Origin: an uncultured candidate division Zixibacteria bacterium
GTDB taxonomy: Bacteria; Zixibacteria; MSB-5A5; UBA10806
Assembly: GCA_963801605.1 (NCBI GenBank)
Contig: CAWDFP010000005.1
Location: 1-64,000 of the forward strand
Reading direction: 5' to 3'
Length of the DNA stretch: 64,000 nucleotides
Position numbers and translations under genes: made by a program. The notes below the pieces were generated by a model. It was not told the DNA's origin and did no database searches. It worked only from the letters and a program-made list of their open reading frames with translations. Below are positions 37,421 through 48,838 of this stretch, one piece after another. Positions within the stretch are counted from its first letter, which is position 1. Each line of letters opens with the position of its first letter.

Positions 37421-38989
37421 ATGCAACCAACTCTGTACTATGTAATTGGGGCAGGCCTGATTCTTATCGCGCTGGCATTCGTGGTAGGCCTCCTCATTTC
37501 CCGAAAATCGGGAGAAGGTAGAATCGCCAAGGCCGAAGCGCTTTCTACAAAAATCATCGCCGAAGCCGAAAAATCAGCCGAAATCAAGAAAAAAGAAGCG
37601 CTCCTGGAGGCCAAAGACGAATGGTTCAAGGCCAAACAGAAGTTCGATCGGGAAGCGCAGCAAAAGAAAGCTGAGATTGCCAAGCTCGAACAGGCGCTGG
37701 CTGTAAAAGAAAGTAACTTAAATCGCAAAGTCGATGTCCTAAACAAAAAAGAAGCCGAGATTGGTCATCGCGAAAAGGGTCTGGCTGTCAAAGAGAAGGT
37801 CACCGAGACCAAGGAAAAGGATCTCGATCGCCTGATCGCCGAACACAATACCCAGCTTGAAAAAATCGCGGGCATGACATCCGATGAAGCCAAGAAGCTC
37901 CTGATGTCAAACCTCGAAGCCGAAGCCCGTCGCGATGCCGCCGCCATGATCAAGGAAATCAAAGAGGAAGCCGAACGGAACGCCGAGAAAGAAGCCAGGA
38001 ACGTCATTATCCAGGCTATCCAACGCTGTGCCGCCGACTACTCCGCCGAATCATGCGTTTCAGTGGTCAATCTGCCTTCCGACGAGATGAAGGGACGCAT
38101 CATTGGCCGTGAGGGGCGCAATATCCGCTCCTTTGAAACTGCCACAGGAATCGATGTCATCGTGGATGATACCCCCGAAGCAGTGATCCTCTCAGGCTAC
38201 GATCCCGTCCGCCGCGAGGTAGCCCGTATGGCTCTGGAAAAACTTATCGTCGATGGCCGTATTCACCCCTCGAGAATCGAAGAAGTTGTCACCAAGGCCG
38301 AAAAGGAGATGGAGGTCATCGTCAGGGAAACCGGCGAGCAGGCTTGTTTCGATGTCGGTGTCCACGGTGTCCACCCGGAAATAATCAAACTGCTGGGTAA
38401 ACTCAATTTCCGAACCAGCTACGGCCAGAATGTTTTACAGCACTCCAAAGAAGTTGCGATGATCTGCGGTATCATGGCAGCCGAACTTACTCTCGATGGT
38501 ACTCTCGCCAAGAGAGCCGGCTTATTGCATGATATCGGCAAGGCTATAGACCGCGAAACCGAGGGAACTCACACTCAGATCGGTCTTGAATTTGCAACCA
38601 AATTCAATGAAAATCAGATTATCTTAAACGCCATCGCCAGCCACCATGAAGACGTGGCTATGGAAAGCCCTTATTCTGTTTTGGTGCAGGCTGCTGACGC
38701 CATCTCAGGCGCCAGACCGGGTGCCAGAAGAGAATCGCTCGAGGGTTATATCAAGCGGCTTGAAAAACTTGAAGAGATGGCCGATGGCTTTAAGGGCGTA
38801 GCCAAAGCTTATGCCATCCAGGCCGGACGCGAAATTCGTGTTATCGTGGAAGCCGAGCAGATTGACGATATCGGGAGTTCCAACCTAGCCAGCGAAATCG
38901 CCCGCAAGATCGAATCCGAGATGGAATATCCCGGTCAGATCAAAGTCACCGTTATCCGCGAGGTAAGGACTGTAGATTATGCCAAGTGA
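37421..38989 (+). CDS. rny: Ribonuclease Y
   Basis: N-terminal TM, coiled coil, [13 protein letters not shown] (KH), LLHDIGK (HD), [10 protein letters not shown]. Confidence 0.97.
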   Translation: MQPTLYYVIGAGLILIALAFVVGLLISRKSGEGRIAKAEALSTKIIAEAEKSAEIKKKEALLEAKDEWFKAKQKFDREAQQKKAEIAKLEQALAVKESNLNRKVDVLNKKEAEIGHREKGLAVKEKVTETKEKDLDRLIAEHNTQLEKIAGMTSDEAKKLLMSNLEAEARRDAAAMIKEIKEEAERNAEKEARNVIIQAIQRCAADYSAESCVSVVNLPSDEMKGRIIGREGRNIRSFETATGIDVIVDDTPEAVILSGYDPVRREVARMALEKLIVDGRIHPSRIEEVVTKAEKEMEVIVRETGEQACFDVGVHGVHPEIIKLLGKLNFRTSYGQNVLQHSKEVAMICGIMAAELTLDGTLAKRAGLLHDIGKAIDRETEGTHTQIGLEFATKFNENQIILNAIASHHEDVAMESPYSVLVQAADAISGARPGARRESLEGYIKRLEKLEEMADGFKGVAKAYAIQAGREIRVIVEAEQIDDIGSSNLASEIARKIESEMEYPGQIKVTVIREVRTVDYAK

Positions 38990-39425
38990 GCGTGTCGGGC
39001 ACTTTTACGAGTGTGAAAGTTTCGCTATTATCGGGATGTCGAGGACCAAGAAGAATTTTGCCTGGACAATTTTCGAGCAATTATCGCAACTCGGCAAAAG
39101 GGTTTATCCCATTAATAGTAAAGGGGGAAGCAATCAGGGAATTCAATTTTTTAGCTCGCTTGCGGAGCTTCCCGAAACTCCCGAAGCCATTATTTTAAGC
39201 GTCGATCCGGCCGCCGCCAAGGGAATGCTTGAAGAGCTTAAGGATTCCGGGGCTAAATATATCTGGTTTCAACAGGGCTCATTTGATGATGAAGTCCTCT
39301 CCGAAGGAACCCGGATGGGTCTTGATCCCATCAAGGGTTGTGTCCTTATGAATATGCCCGAGGCGGCCTTTATTCATCGCTTTCATAGAACGATCAATGA
39401 GTTCTTTGGGAAGGGGTATAAGTGA
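38979..39425 (+). CDS. CoA-binding domain protein (YccU-like)
   Basis: AIIGMS, VYPIN, SLAELP, IWFQQG, GCVLM. Confidence 0.82.
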   Translation: MPSERVGHFYECESFAIIGMSRTKKNFAWTIFEQLSQLGKRVYPINSKGGSNQGIQFFSSLAELPETPEAIILSVDPAAAKGMLEELKDSGAKYIWFQQGSFDDEVLSEGTRMGLDPIKGCVLMNMPEAAFIHRFHRTINEFFGKGYK

Positions 39426-40246
39426 GATTTCTGTTCGTTGGCGATATCGTCGGGCGGCCGGGACGGATTTGTCTGGGTGCATATCTTTCCGACTGCCGCA
39501 AGAAAAATATCAACTTCGATTTTGTAATCGCCAATGTTGAGAACGCCGCCGGCGGATTTGGACTGACCAAGGAAATTTCCCAAAAAATATCATCTTACGG
39601 TGTTGATGTTCAAACCTCGGGAAATCATATCTGGGATCGCAAGGAAATTCATTCGTATTTCGAGGCCGAGCCTCGGCTGCTCCGGCCTGCCAATTACCCT
39701 GCCGGCGCGCCGGGATTGGGATACAATATTTTCGCCTCGAAAAATGGAGAGACTGTGGCAGTCATCAATCTCCAGGGACGAATCTTCATGCCCAGTATCG
39801 ATTGCCCCTTCCGCACCGCTGATAAAATTTTGGGTGAGATTTCCGATCAGGCCAAATTGATATTCGTTGATTTCCACGCCGAGGCCACCTCGGAAAAGCA
39901 GGCGCTGGGACGTTATCTCGATGGCCGCATATCAGGTTTGTTTGGAACGCATACCCATGTCCAGACCGCAGATGAGTGTATTCTGTCGGGCGGCACGGCC
40001 TATATCACCGACGCCGGTATGACAGGCCCTTATGCCTCCGTAATTGGCGTTGAGACCAAGGATGCCCTTTACCGGATTATTACCGGCCTTCCTAATAGAT
40101 TTAATATCGCCGAACGCGATATTCGCATGGCAGCGGTTGTTGTTGACGCTGATCCTGCAACCGGAAAAGCCAGCTCTATCGAAAGAGTAATGTATAATCT
40201 TTCACCTCAGGATGAGGCTACTGAAAACCAGCAGAAAAGATTCTAA
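39422..40246 (+). CDS. ymdB: YmdB-type (TIGR00282) metallophosphoesterase
   Basis: GDIVGRPG, NVENAAGG.G, SGNHIWD, DFHAEATSEK, GTHTHVQT. Confidence 0.93.
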   Translation: MRFLFVGDIVGRPGRICLGAYLSDCRKKNINFDFVIANVENAAGGFGLTKEISQKISSYGVDVQTSGNHIWDRKEIHSYFEAEPRLLRPANYPAGAPGLGYNIFASKNGETVAVINLQGRIFMPSIDCPFRTADKILGEISDQAKLIFVDFHAEATSEKQALGRYLDGRISGLFGTHTHVQTADECILSGGTAYITDAGMTGPYASVIGVETKDALYRIITGLPNRFNIAERDIRMAAVVVDADPATGKASSIERVMYNLSPQDEATENQQKRF

Positions 40247-41133
40247 TGCCTGCCAGGATAATCGACGGCAAAAAAATCTCTGATGAGATTAAAACCGAGG
40301 TTAAGCGTGAGGTTGAGGAGCTTCGCAAAAAAGGCGTAGTTCCCGGTTTGGCCGCGGTCATTGTGGGCGATAATCCGGCCTCGGCTCTCTACGTGAAGAT
40401 GAAAGCCGCCGCCTGCGAAAAGGTAGGCATCTACTCCGAGGTTATTACCAGGGATAAAACCAGCAGGCATCAGGATATTCTCGATCTGGTATTCGAGCTT
40501 AACAAGCGAGACGATATCGATGGTATCCTGATCCAATCGCCGCTTCCTGCACAGATTGATGAGCCTGCGATTACTCTGGCAATCGATCCATCCAAAGACG
40601 TTGACGGTTTCCATCCTTTAAATCAGGGTCTATTACTGGCAGGACGGCCAATCTTTGAACCTGCTACTCCGCTCGGTATTGTCGAACTGCTTAACCGTTC
40701 CGGAAATAATCCATCCGGAAAAGACGTTGTTATCCTTGGACGCGGTTTTCTGGTGGGGAAGCCATTGGCGGCCATGCTCTCGAATAAAGCGCCATACCTC
40801 AATGCCACCGTAACTGTCTGCCACACCGGCACGAGCAATATTTCGTCGCACACCAGACGAGCGGACATCATTATCGCCGCCATGGGGAAAGCGCGCTTTC
40901 TGACTGCCGAGATGGTCAAACCCGGCGCTGTGGTCATCGATGTCGGCACCAATGAAATTGACGACCCCACTCATCCCAAGGGAAAGCGTTTGGTTGGTGA
41001 CGTGGATTTCCAATCGGTCAGCGAAATAGCCGGGGCCATTACTCCGGTTCCCGGTGGAGTAGGCCCGATGACTATCGCTGCTCTACTCAAAAATACGCTC
41101 AAAGCCGCCCGGATGCGGCATAATATATCTTAG
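40246..41133 (+). CDS. folD: Methylenetetrahydrofolate dehydrogenase/cyclohydrolase
   Basis: PGLA..VGDNPAS..YV..K, KDVDGFHP, VGKP, VIDVG, ITPVPGGVGPMT. Confidence 0.96.
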   Translation: MPARIIDGKKISDEIKTEVKREVEELRKKGVVPGLAAVIVGDNPASALYVKMKAAACEKVGIYSEVITRDKTSRHQDILDLVFELNKRDDIDGILIQSPLPAQIDEPAITLAIDPSKDVDGFHPLNQGLLLAGRPIFEPATPLGIVELLNRSGNNPSGKDVVILGRGFLVGKPLAAMLSNKAPYLNATVTVCHTGTSNISSHTRRADIIIAAMGKARFLTAEMVKPGAVVIDVGTNEIDDPTHPKGKRLVGDVDFQSVSEIAGAITPVPGGVGPMTIAALLKNTLKAARMRHNIS

Positions 41134-41138
41134 TAATT

Positions 41139-42376
41139 ATGGCCGAAAAAATTTACACTATCACCCAACTTACCAAAGAGCTTAAGGATCTCCTGGAATC
41201 CTCATTTTCGAAAATCTGGGTCGAGGGTGAAATTTCAAATTATCTAAAACATTCATCGGGCCATAGATACTTTACGCTTAAAGATCAGGGCGCTCAAATC
41301 AAATGTGTTCTCTGGCGCTGGCAGGGTAATAATCTTTTATTCGAGCCTCAGGACGGTATGAAAGTAAAGGCTGCCGGCCAGATTACAATCTATGAAAAAT
41401 CAGGACAATATCAACTTGTCGTATCGTCGCTTCAACCTTCCGGGATCGGTGAGCTTGAACTGGCCTTTCAGCAGCTTAAGAAAAAACTCGCTGGTGAAGG
41501 CTTATTCGACCCTGCTCATAAAGTGGCAATCCCTCAATTTCCAGAGCGCATCGGAGTGGTTACGTCGCCGACCGGCGCCGCTATCCGGGATATTCTCAAT
41601 ATCACCAAGCGTCGCGCTCCTCATATCGAAATTATCCTCTGGCCGGTAGCTGTGCAAGGGGAGGGCGCCTCCGCTCAGATTGCTCATGCCATCAGAGGCT
41701 TCAATAAATTAAAATTGGTTGATGTCTTAATTGTTGGCCGTGGCGGCGGATCGCTCGAGGACCTCTGGGCTTTTAACGAGGAGGCAGTGGCTCGGGCGAT
41801 ATATGAATCAAAATTGCCGGTGATTTCGGCGGTCGGGCATGAGATTGATTTTTCAATCGCTGATTTTGTCGCCGACTTGCGCGCTCCAACGCCATCGGCG
41901 GCTGCTGAGATGGCGGTGCCCGACGCGATACAATTATCCGAGAGAATTGATGAGATTCAACAGGGCCTTGTCTACGAAATCAGCCAATCTGCTCAAGCGA
42001 GGCAACAGACGACTCCGGGAGCTTAATTCTCGATACGGTCTCAAAAGGCCAATGGAGATCATCACGCAACGCGCCCAACGACGTGATGAGTTGAACCGTC
42101 TCATCAGCCTTCATTTTGCTCATCGGATGGAATCTCTTTCAAATAAATCCCGCTCGATATTTGAAAAGCTTGAGATCGTCTCGCCCCGGGGAATTCTTGA
42201 AGAGGGGATATTCTTATGTCCGGGATGAGAAGGGACGAAGTGTTCGCAGTTTTAAGCAGGTTGCTATTGATGATAAACTTGAAATTATATTCTACGAAGG
42301 GGGAGCAGAGTCGCGGGTGACGCGTATTAAGCCCGACACTTTGAAAGGTATCCGCAATGACGAAAACCGCAGCTAA
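41139..42376 (+). CDS. xseA: Exodeoxyribonuclease VII large subunit (indels near 41985 and 42190)
   Basis: WVEGEISN, SGHRYFTLKD, RGGGSLEDLWAFN, VGHEID, APTPS; LKRGYS in a downstream frame. Confidence 0.92.
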
Positions 42377-42710
42377 GGGCCTTCAGGGCAAGATGTATTA
42401 TTCGATCTCCGAGGTAGCCGAGATGATCGATGTGGTGCCTTATGTTTTGCGTTTCTGGGAAAAGGAGTTTCCGCATCTCAAGCCGCGAAAAAACCGCGCC
42501 GGAAACCGGACCTATCAGGCCAAGGATATCCAGCGCATCATGCAGATCAAGCGGCTTCTCTATGATGAGGGTTACACAATTGATGGCGCCCGCAACTTTC
42601 TAAAAAAAGAAGGTAAACAGGCGGCCTCGGACCCGGCAGTCGAGAGAACCAGGGAACTTTTGCACGAGATTCGTCTCGATCTTGAAGATCTGCTCAAACT
42701 TTTCCCTTGA
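42357..42710 (+). CDS. MerR-family HTH transcriptional regulator
   Basis: YYSISEVA, VLRFWEKEF..LKP, LLYDEGYTIDGA; typical neighbour of tRNA-Pro(GGG). Confidence 0.9.
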   Translation: MTKTAAKGLQGKMYYSISEVAEMIDVVPYVLRFWEKEFPHLKPRKNRAGNRTYQAKDIQRIMQIKRLLYDEGYTIDGARNFLKKEGKQAASDPAVERTRELLHEIRLDLEDLLKLFP

Positions 42711-42744
42711 TTTAACGCTGATATAAATTATTATGGCTCTTGGA

Positions 42745-42822
<78 letters not shown>

Positions 42823-43036
42823 GTAATTTAAAATCACCGATTTAATTTCCGATATTTCGGAATTACCTTTTACATGAACTATACTATTCATAATCAAATA
42901 ACTTATTGCCGCTAACCAAAATTAAACTATATTTAGCTGGTTCTTGTCTAATCAAGGGCTTTAGTCTTTTGTACTACGCTTAATTTTGGTTCTTAAAAAA
43001 TAATTCTCAGTTAATGATTGATACCTGGAGTTTGCC

Positions 43037-44284
43037 ATGAAATCGCTCATTTTTTTCCTGTTCAAAGCTTCGTTGTTTTTGCTGCTTCTTTTTTCCGTGT
43101 CAACAGCTAACCCGATCGAAATTCATTGGGCTCTTATCGATTCCACCGTCCCCCCGAGGCAGGATTTTAAGGCTATTTATAATTCCGAACGCAACAGCAT
43201 CATGCTTTTCGGTGGCTCCGATACAAGCGGATCATTTCCTCGTGATACCTGGGAATGGAACGGCGAGTGGTGGCTGCAGGTCGATACCTCCGGGCCATCG
43301 GGACGGACTAATTTTGGCATGGTTTATGATGAAGCACTCAACAAAATTATCCTTTTCGGCGGTTGGAATCTCACCGATGGATTTCTCGGTGATACCTGGA
43401 TTTGGAGCGATTCGTTCTGGGTTAACCTGAACATCCCCGGTCCTCCGGCCAGAGCTAATTTTGCAATGTCCTACGATCAAACCAATCAAACCGTTCTGCT
43501 GTTCGGCGGTTCTGATGGTGATAGTATTTACGGTGATACCTGGCAGTGGGACGAAACCGGATGGAGCCTCATCGATAGCGTTGGTCCTGCCCCCAGAATC
43601 TTTTCCCAGATGGTAGGTGTTCCCGAGTACCAGGGTTGTGTTCTTTTTGGGGGACAGGCCGATTTTAGCGGGCAATCTTTCGACGATTCCTGGGTCTGGC
43701 TCGGCTCATACTGGTTCGATATCACCGGTGATAATCCGGCAGCGCGGGTGGGTCACATGATGGCCTATAACCCTACCTGGGGCGATCCCTGGTCGATTCT
43801 CATGTTCGGTGGTCAGGACGCTATGATTCCCAATGCTTATTTTGACGATACCTGGGAATTTGATGGCTGGGGATGGAATCTTATAGGTGCGGGCGAACCA
43901 TCGCCACGCTCATTTGGCCAAATGATCTACCATGCCGGATTGGATAAAGTTATTCTGATCGGTGGTCTTAATGGCTCTGAGGTTTACCCCGAAATGTGGG
44001 CTTTTCCAACATATAGCGGTTCCTGTACGTATGTTTTGGGGGATGTTAATAATAACGGCAGTTTTAACGGTCTCGATGTTACCTATGGCGTAGGTTATTT
44101 TAAGGGAGGCTATCCTCCTCCTTATGAATGCGAATGCCCCGCCGGCGGTGGTCAAGTCTGGTATGTAGCAGGCGATGTCAATGGCAGCTGTTCATTCAAC
44201 GGCCTTGATGTCACCTATATGGTTTCCTATTTCAAGGGCGGCCCTACGCCCTTTCCCTGTCCTTATTGCCCTCCGGGAAGATAA
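43037..44284 (+). CDS. Secreted Kelch-type beta-propeller protein with C-terminal dockerin-like domain
   Basis: Signal peptide; about six P..R...M.YD....LFGG....DTW.W.G..W repeats; duplicated GDVN..FNGLD tail. Confidence 0.88.
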   Translation: MKSLIFFLFKASLFLLLLFSVSTANPIEIHWALIDSTVPPRQDFKAIYNSERNSIMLFGGSDTSGSFPRDTWEWNGEWWLQVDTSGPSGRTNFGMVYDEALNKIILFGGWNLTDGFLGDTWIWSDSFWVNLNIPGPPARANFAMSYDQTNQTVLLFGGSDGDSIYGDTWQWDETGWSLIDSVGPAPRIFSQMVGVPEYQGCVLFGGQADFSGQSFDDSWVWLGSYWFDITGDNPAARVGHMMAYNPTWGDPWSILMFGGQDAMIPNAYFDDTWEFDGWGWNLIGAGEPSPRSFGQMIYHAGLDKVILIGGLNGSEVYPEMWAFPTYSGSCTYVLGDVNNNGSFNGLDVTYGVGYFKGGYPPPYECECPAGGGQVWYVAGDVNGSCSFNGLDVTYMVSYFKGGPTPFPCPYCPPGR

Positions 44285-44551
44285 GGATATGGTTGGCAGA
44301 TTTAAGGTTCTTGAATGTATCGCAACATAGATATATAGTATTTCTTCCGCAAATAAATCGAACTGCTTCCTAAATTATCGTTGTCTATTCCATGTTGCCA
44401 TTACATCGGATTTAATAAGCTTGATATCCGAAAAATTAAGTTGTTGATGATAATCCTTATGCTTATCATATCCTATCATAACCCAAAAATGGAACATAAA
44501 GGGGCTATGATTCTATAACAACTTGACGATATTAAATAAAGGATCGTTAAG

Positions 44552-45827
44552 ATGAGAACCTCAATTATTCTGATAACTATTTTGGTGATGGCTATACTGG
44601 CGCCCGCTGCTATGGCGTCCAAGATATTGATACCCATGGACATGTCGCAAACGGATCATCTCAAGGCTTATGGCGTGGCCTATTGGTGTCTTAAATATGG
44701 CACCAAGGTGGAATGGCTTTTAAATTACCGCGGCGGTTCATTTTTAACTGATGACTTGCCTCAAATTTCCGAGGTATGCCGCTTAAAGGGAGTATCGTAC
44801 GAGACAATCTCAGGCGCCGATGAAGCCGGCATTAAAAAGACCGTCGAAGATGGCAATATGGAATCGGTAATTCTGGAAAAAGCCCCAAAGATTGCCATTT
44901 ATGCTCCTCCTAATCGAAAAGAAGAGCCGTGGGATGATGCCGTTAATCTGGCTTTGACCTATGCTGAAATTCCATTCGATGTAGTCTGGGACCCCGATAT
45001 CCTTTCCGGGAAACTCGCCGAGTACGATTGGCTGCATCTGCACCATGAGGATTTTACCGGCCAATACGGGAAAGTTTTACGCCGCCTATCGCAATACAAT
45101 GTGGTACAAACAGGACAAAGCTTTCAACGAAAAAACCGCTCGCGATCTGGGCTTTGCCAAAGTATCAAAACTTAAATTAGCGGTTGCTGATGCCATTGAA
45201 AAATATGTCAGCGATGGCGGCTTTCTTTTTGCCATGTGCTCCGCTACCGATACTTACGATATCGCCCGGGCCGCCTGGAAAACCGATATCGTCCCGGCGG
45301 AATCCGACGGCGATGCCGCCGATCCCGACTGCAATAAGAATCTCGATTTCTCGCGCTGTTTTGCTTTTGAAAATTTCGAGGTTATCACCAACCCTTTGAT
45401 TTATGAGCATTCCAATATCGATACGTCACCGACTCGCGGCACTCCCGGCCTGACTCCCCAAACCGATTATTTCACGCTATTTGATTTTTCCGCCAAATGG
45501 GACCCTGTGCCAACCATGCTGATCCAGGATCATACTCAGATCGTCGATGGTTTCTGGGGACAAACCACCGGTTTCAACAAACAATACATTAAAAAGACTG
45601 TCACGATTTTAGCTGAGACCGAAGGCAAAAACGAGGCCAAATATATTCATGGCAATATTGGCAAGGGCTCATTTACTTTTCTCGGAGGACATGATCCGGA
45701 AGATTATCAGCACATGGTAGGGGACCCTCCAAGCGATCTGTCATTGCATAAGCATTCGCCCGGTTACAGGCTGATATTAAATAATGTTTTATTTCCCGCT
45801 GCTCAGAAAAAGGAGCGTAAAACCTGA
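44552..45827 (+). CDS. Exported conserved protein, class I glutamine amidotransferase-like (often labelled 'asparagine synthetase B'); indel near 45070
   Basis: QTDHLKAYG, WLLNYRGGSF, PWDDAV, HLHHEDFTGQYGK | FY..Y, FAMCSATD, GGHDPEDYQH, LILNNVLFP. Confidence 0.75.
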
Positions 45828-46666
45828 TCTCAAGTTATTCTGGCGCCGTTAAGGGACGGCTTGGATTCGCGGATTTGGGAGGCGGCTTTTCGAACCTCGC
45901 AATCTTTTCGCAGGAGTATGGGTTCGGGCTGATTCAAATCAGTCTCGATAATCCCCGCAATTTCCCCGAGCATCTTTCCAAAAGCGAACGGGCCGATATT
46001 CGGGCCCGTTATACTGAACTGGGTATCGGTCTCTGTTTTCACAGCCCGTCCGATATTCCGCTGATGAATCGTCATGAGAATGTCCGCCGGGCCGCGCTGG
46101 AACGCTCATTCGAAATGATCGATTTGGCAATTGATCTGGGAGGCGAATATTTCATCTTTCATCCCGGACGGTTAGCTTTCTACTCTCTTTCGACCAAAAA
46201 AATCTTCTTTATGGAGCAGAGATATCCCGATAGAATCAGCGAACTCTTTTCGGATTCTTTGAGCCGTCTTCTGGCGCATTGCGCCGGACGAATTGAATTA
46301 TGTATCGAAAATACTCATGCTATATCCGCTCCCTTTTTGAATATCATAGGCAATCTGGCTTCTCACGAGGGGCTGGGGCTGGTTTGGGATGCCGGTCATA
46401 CCGAACAGCTTGTTGGTCCCAAAAGGGCGCAGGTTATCAAATTTTTCCAGGATCATATCAAGCATGTCAGACTGGCGCATCTTCATGATATTGTCGATGG
46501 CGCCGATCACAAAGCGCTTGGCGCCGGGCAGCTCGATGTTGTCGGATATCTCGAAATTTTCAACGCCTTATCAATCGACGTTATCCTCGAAATCTTTCCC
46601 AAAGAGGCTCTGATTCAATCGGTCGAATACCTCAGTAAATTAACGGTTGCCGATAAATTAAAATAA
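45824..46666 (+). CDS. Sugar phosphate isomerase/epimerase (AP endonuclease 2 TIM barrel)
   Basis: FHSP, FHPG, CIEN, WDAGH, HLHD, H..LG.G..D, LEI; frame open to CTG 45824 with AGGAG RBS (TTG 45875 alternative). Confidence 0.8.
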   Translation: MISSYSGAVKGRLGFADLGGGFSNLAIFSQEYGFGLIQISLDNPRNFPEHLSKSERADIRARYTELGIGLCFHSPSDIPLMNRHENVRRAALERSFEMIDLAIDLGGEYFIFHPGRLAFYSLSTKKIFFMEQRYPDRISELFSDSLSRLLAHCAGRIELCIENTHAISAPFLNIIGNLASHEGLGLVWDAGHTEQLVGPKRAQVIKFFQDHIKHVRLAHLHDIVDGADHKALGAGQLDVVGYLEIFNALSIDVILEIFPKEALIQSVEYLSKLTVADKLK

Positions 46667-46679
46667 CCGGTTTAGAGTT

Positions 46680-47795
46680 TTGAAAAACAAACTTTCAGTA
46701 TTAATAATATTGTCGATCGTATTCATGTTGCTTGGCGGTATCGTATCGGCCGAGCTTCGTTGTAGTTTATGCGCTAAGAGCATTTCCGGCACTTATTATA
46801 AATCCAATGGAGCCGTTTATTGCGAATCGTGCTGGTCGTCGCATACCATTTGCTCCCAATGCGGTAAGCTGGTGCAGTCGGTAATCAATGTTGACGGCCT
46901 CAAACTCTGTAACGAGTGTTACGCTCGGCTCGATCGTTGCGGCATCTGCGGCCAGCCTCTAACGGGAAATTACACCCAATATCCCAAACTGGGGCTTAAG
47001 GTTTGCTCGCAATGCGAGCGCGACAAACCGCATTGCCAGAAATGCGGCGTGCCACTGGCTGAATCCAACAACGTTGGCGGCGTCAATCTTTGCCAGCGAT
47101 GTGCCGGCAAGACCGAACGCTGTCACTGCTGCGGTCAGGCGTTGCTGGAGAATTTTACTTTTTTCGACGGCAACTCGGACGCTAAATATTGCGATAAGTG
47201 TGTTGCGAAATATCCTCGCTGCGAGGATTGCGGAGCGCCGTCCGGCCCTGACGCTACCAAGCTAAACGATGGCCGCTTTCTCTGTCCCGACTGTCGCCGA
47301 GTGGCTTATTTCGATGTCGGTCTGGTATCATCGATAAAAACTAAAGTGCAGTCGTTTGTGTTTGGCAATATGGGCATGGCTGTAAAGCATCAGGTCAGCT
47401 TTGCTCTTGAGGGCCAGGATTTCATCAAGCGGAAGGCTAAGAATATTCACGGTGATATCAATGGCCTCTTCTATTGTAAAGGTGATGAGTACGATATTTA
47501 CGTGCTATATGGTTTACGCGAAAAGGATCTTATCAGCGTTATCACGCATGAGCTCAGCCATGCCTGGGAGGCCGAAAACTGCTCCGATGATCTGTCTCTC
47601 GAAGATCGCGAGGGCTTTGCTCAATGGGTGGCTTATAAGGCGCTCGTATTCTTCGGTCATAGCGATTTCGCCAAGTTAACAACCGAGGGAAATGATATGT
47701 ATGCCCATGGCCTGACGAGAATGTTGAAAATCGAATCACGCGGCGGTCAAAAAGCCGTTTTTGACGCCATCAAAGGTATCGTTCAACCGGATTGA
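46680..47795 (+). CDS. Exported protein with LIM-like CxxC repeats and a DA1-like zinc metallopeptidase domain
   Basis: Signal peptide; 12 CxxC motifs; VLYGL...ITHELSHAW...EGFAQW. Confidence 0.8.
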   Translation: MKNKLSVLIILSIVFMLLGGIVSAELRCSLCAKSISGTYYKSNGAVYCESCWSSHTICSQCGKLVQSVINVDGLKLCNECYARLDRCGICGQPLTGNYTQYPKLGLKVCSQCERDKPHCQKCGVPLAESNNVGGVNLCQRCAGKTERCHCCGQALLENFTFFDGNSDAKYCDKCVAKYPRCEDCGAPSGPDATKLNDGRFLCPDCRRVAYFDVGLVSSIKTKVQSFVFGNMGMAVKHQVSFALEGQDFIKRKAKNIHGDINGLFYCKGDEYDIYVLYGLREKDLISVITHELSHAWEAENCSDDLSLEDREGFAQWVAYKALVFFGHSDFAKLTTEGNDMYAHGLTRMLKIESRGGQKAVFDAIKGIVQPD

Positions 47796-47988
47796 CATGT
47801 GGATACGTAGCTCGGATTCCAGGTCCCCGGTACGAGAAACCCAACGCTGATTTGCCGTGGTGTCGCATTTTAACTCGCCCTTTACCTGTCAAAAACCCGC
47901 CAACCTTACTGCTTAATTCCCCAAGCCATATTAACTAATAGGGGTTGACTTTAGTCCCTTAAATTTATAAATTTGTAAAAAGGCGCCC

Positions 47989-48744
47989 ATGGGGTGCTTT
48001 TTTCAAATTATGAGCAACGATAGACTGCAAACCGAAATCGAGGCCTTTGACGATACCCAGGCTTACCTGGAGCTCATGGCCCGCCCCTATACCCGACGTC
48101 TCAAAGCCGAGGTTGACACTTATATGGCCTCCCAAAACATCAAGGGAGCCACCATCCTGGAGCTCGGATGCGGCATTTCCGAACACGCCCACCGCTTCAA
48201 CCACAATAATCTCATGGTTGTCACCGATATCACTAAATCCCTGGTTGAGAAAAACGATCCACCATCGGCCCGCGCCATTTGCGACGCCCAAATCTTGCCT
48301 TTCAAAGATAAAAGCATCGATTTCATAATATTCGTTGGCATCTTACATCATTTGCCCAGCCAGAAGCTTGCGCTTCTTGAAGCCGCCCGGGTTTGCCGGC
48401 CAAATGGACGGATTTTTATCTGCGAACCACATCGCAGAAGCATCAATTTTGTCTATTATAATCTGCGGCTTCTGGTCATGAGGATTTTAGGCGTAAAATT
48501 CGTTAAAAAGCTGATTGGCTGTTTCTCACCGGATGAATCCCAGCTCGACGTCAATGCCGTAGAAAGCATCTTCGACGGTGACTTTGATCGTAAAAAATGG
48601 ACCATACTTTCATTTCGGCTGCCTCCCCTGCGGCTTTTCAAGGATTCAAAGCTCGATGTTATTTTCTCTAACTTTTTCGATAAGCTCCCCATCTTTCGGC
48701 ATGTCGGAACGACAATCCTCTATGATATCAGGCGGCATAAGTAA
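47989..48744 (+). CDS. Class I SAM-dependent methyltransferase
   Basis: ILELGCG, DAQILPFKDKSID, LHH, RVCRPNG; ATG 48010 alternative. Confidence 0.88.
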   Translation: MGCFFQIMSNDRLQTEIEAFDDTQAYLELMARPYTRRLKAEVDTYMASQNIKGATILELGCGISEHAHRFNHNNLMVVTDITKSLVEKNDPPSARAICDAQILPFKDKSIDFIIFVGILHHLPSQKLALLEAARVCRPNGRIFICEPHRRSINFVYYNLRLLVMRILGVKFVKKLIGCFSPDESQLDVNAVESIFDGDFDRKKWTILSFRLPPLRLFKDSKLDVIFSNFFDKLPIFRHVGTTILYDIRRHK

Positions 48745-48838
48745 TATTGATGTGTGGGAATCAGATAATTATGAAAGGCGTTATTGGCTGCGAGCGGCTT
48801 ATTATTTTAGCTTTCCTTGCCAGATATGAACACGTCGG

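Noticed and set aside
42823..44550. Genomic island integrated at tRNA-Pro (or tRNA-Val)
   Set aside because: No integrase and no duplicated tRNA 3' end seen in the window.
44552..45827. True asparagine synthetase AsnB
   Set aside because: Has a signal peptide and lacks the N-terminal Cys Ntn domain and the SGGLDS motif.
46680..47795. Multiheme cytochrome c
   Set aside because: None of the CxxC motifs is followed by His (no CxxCH).
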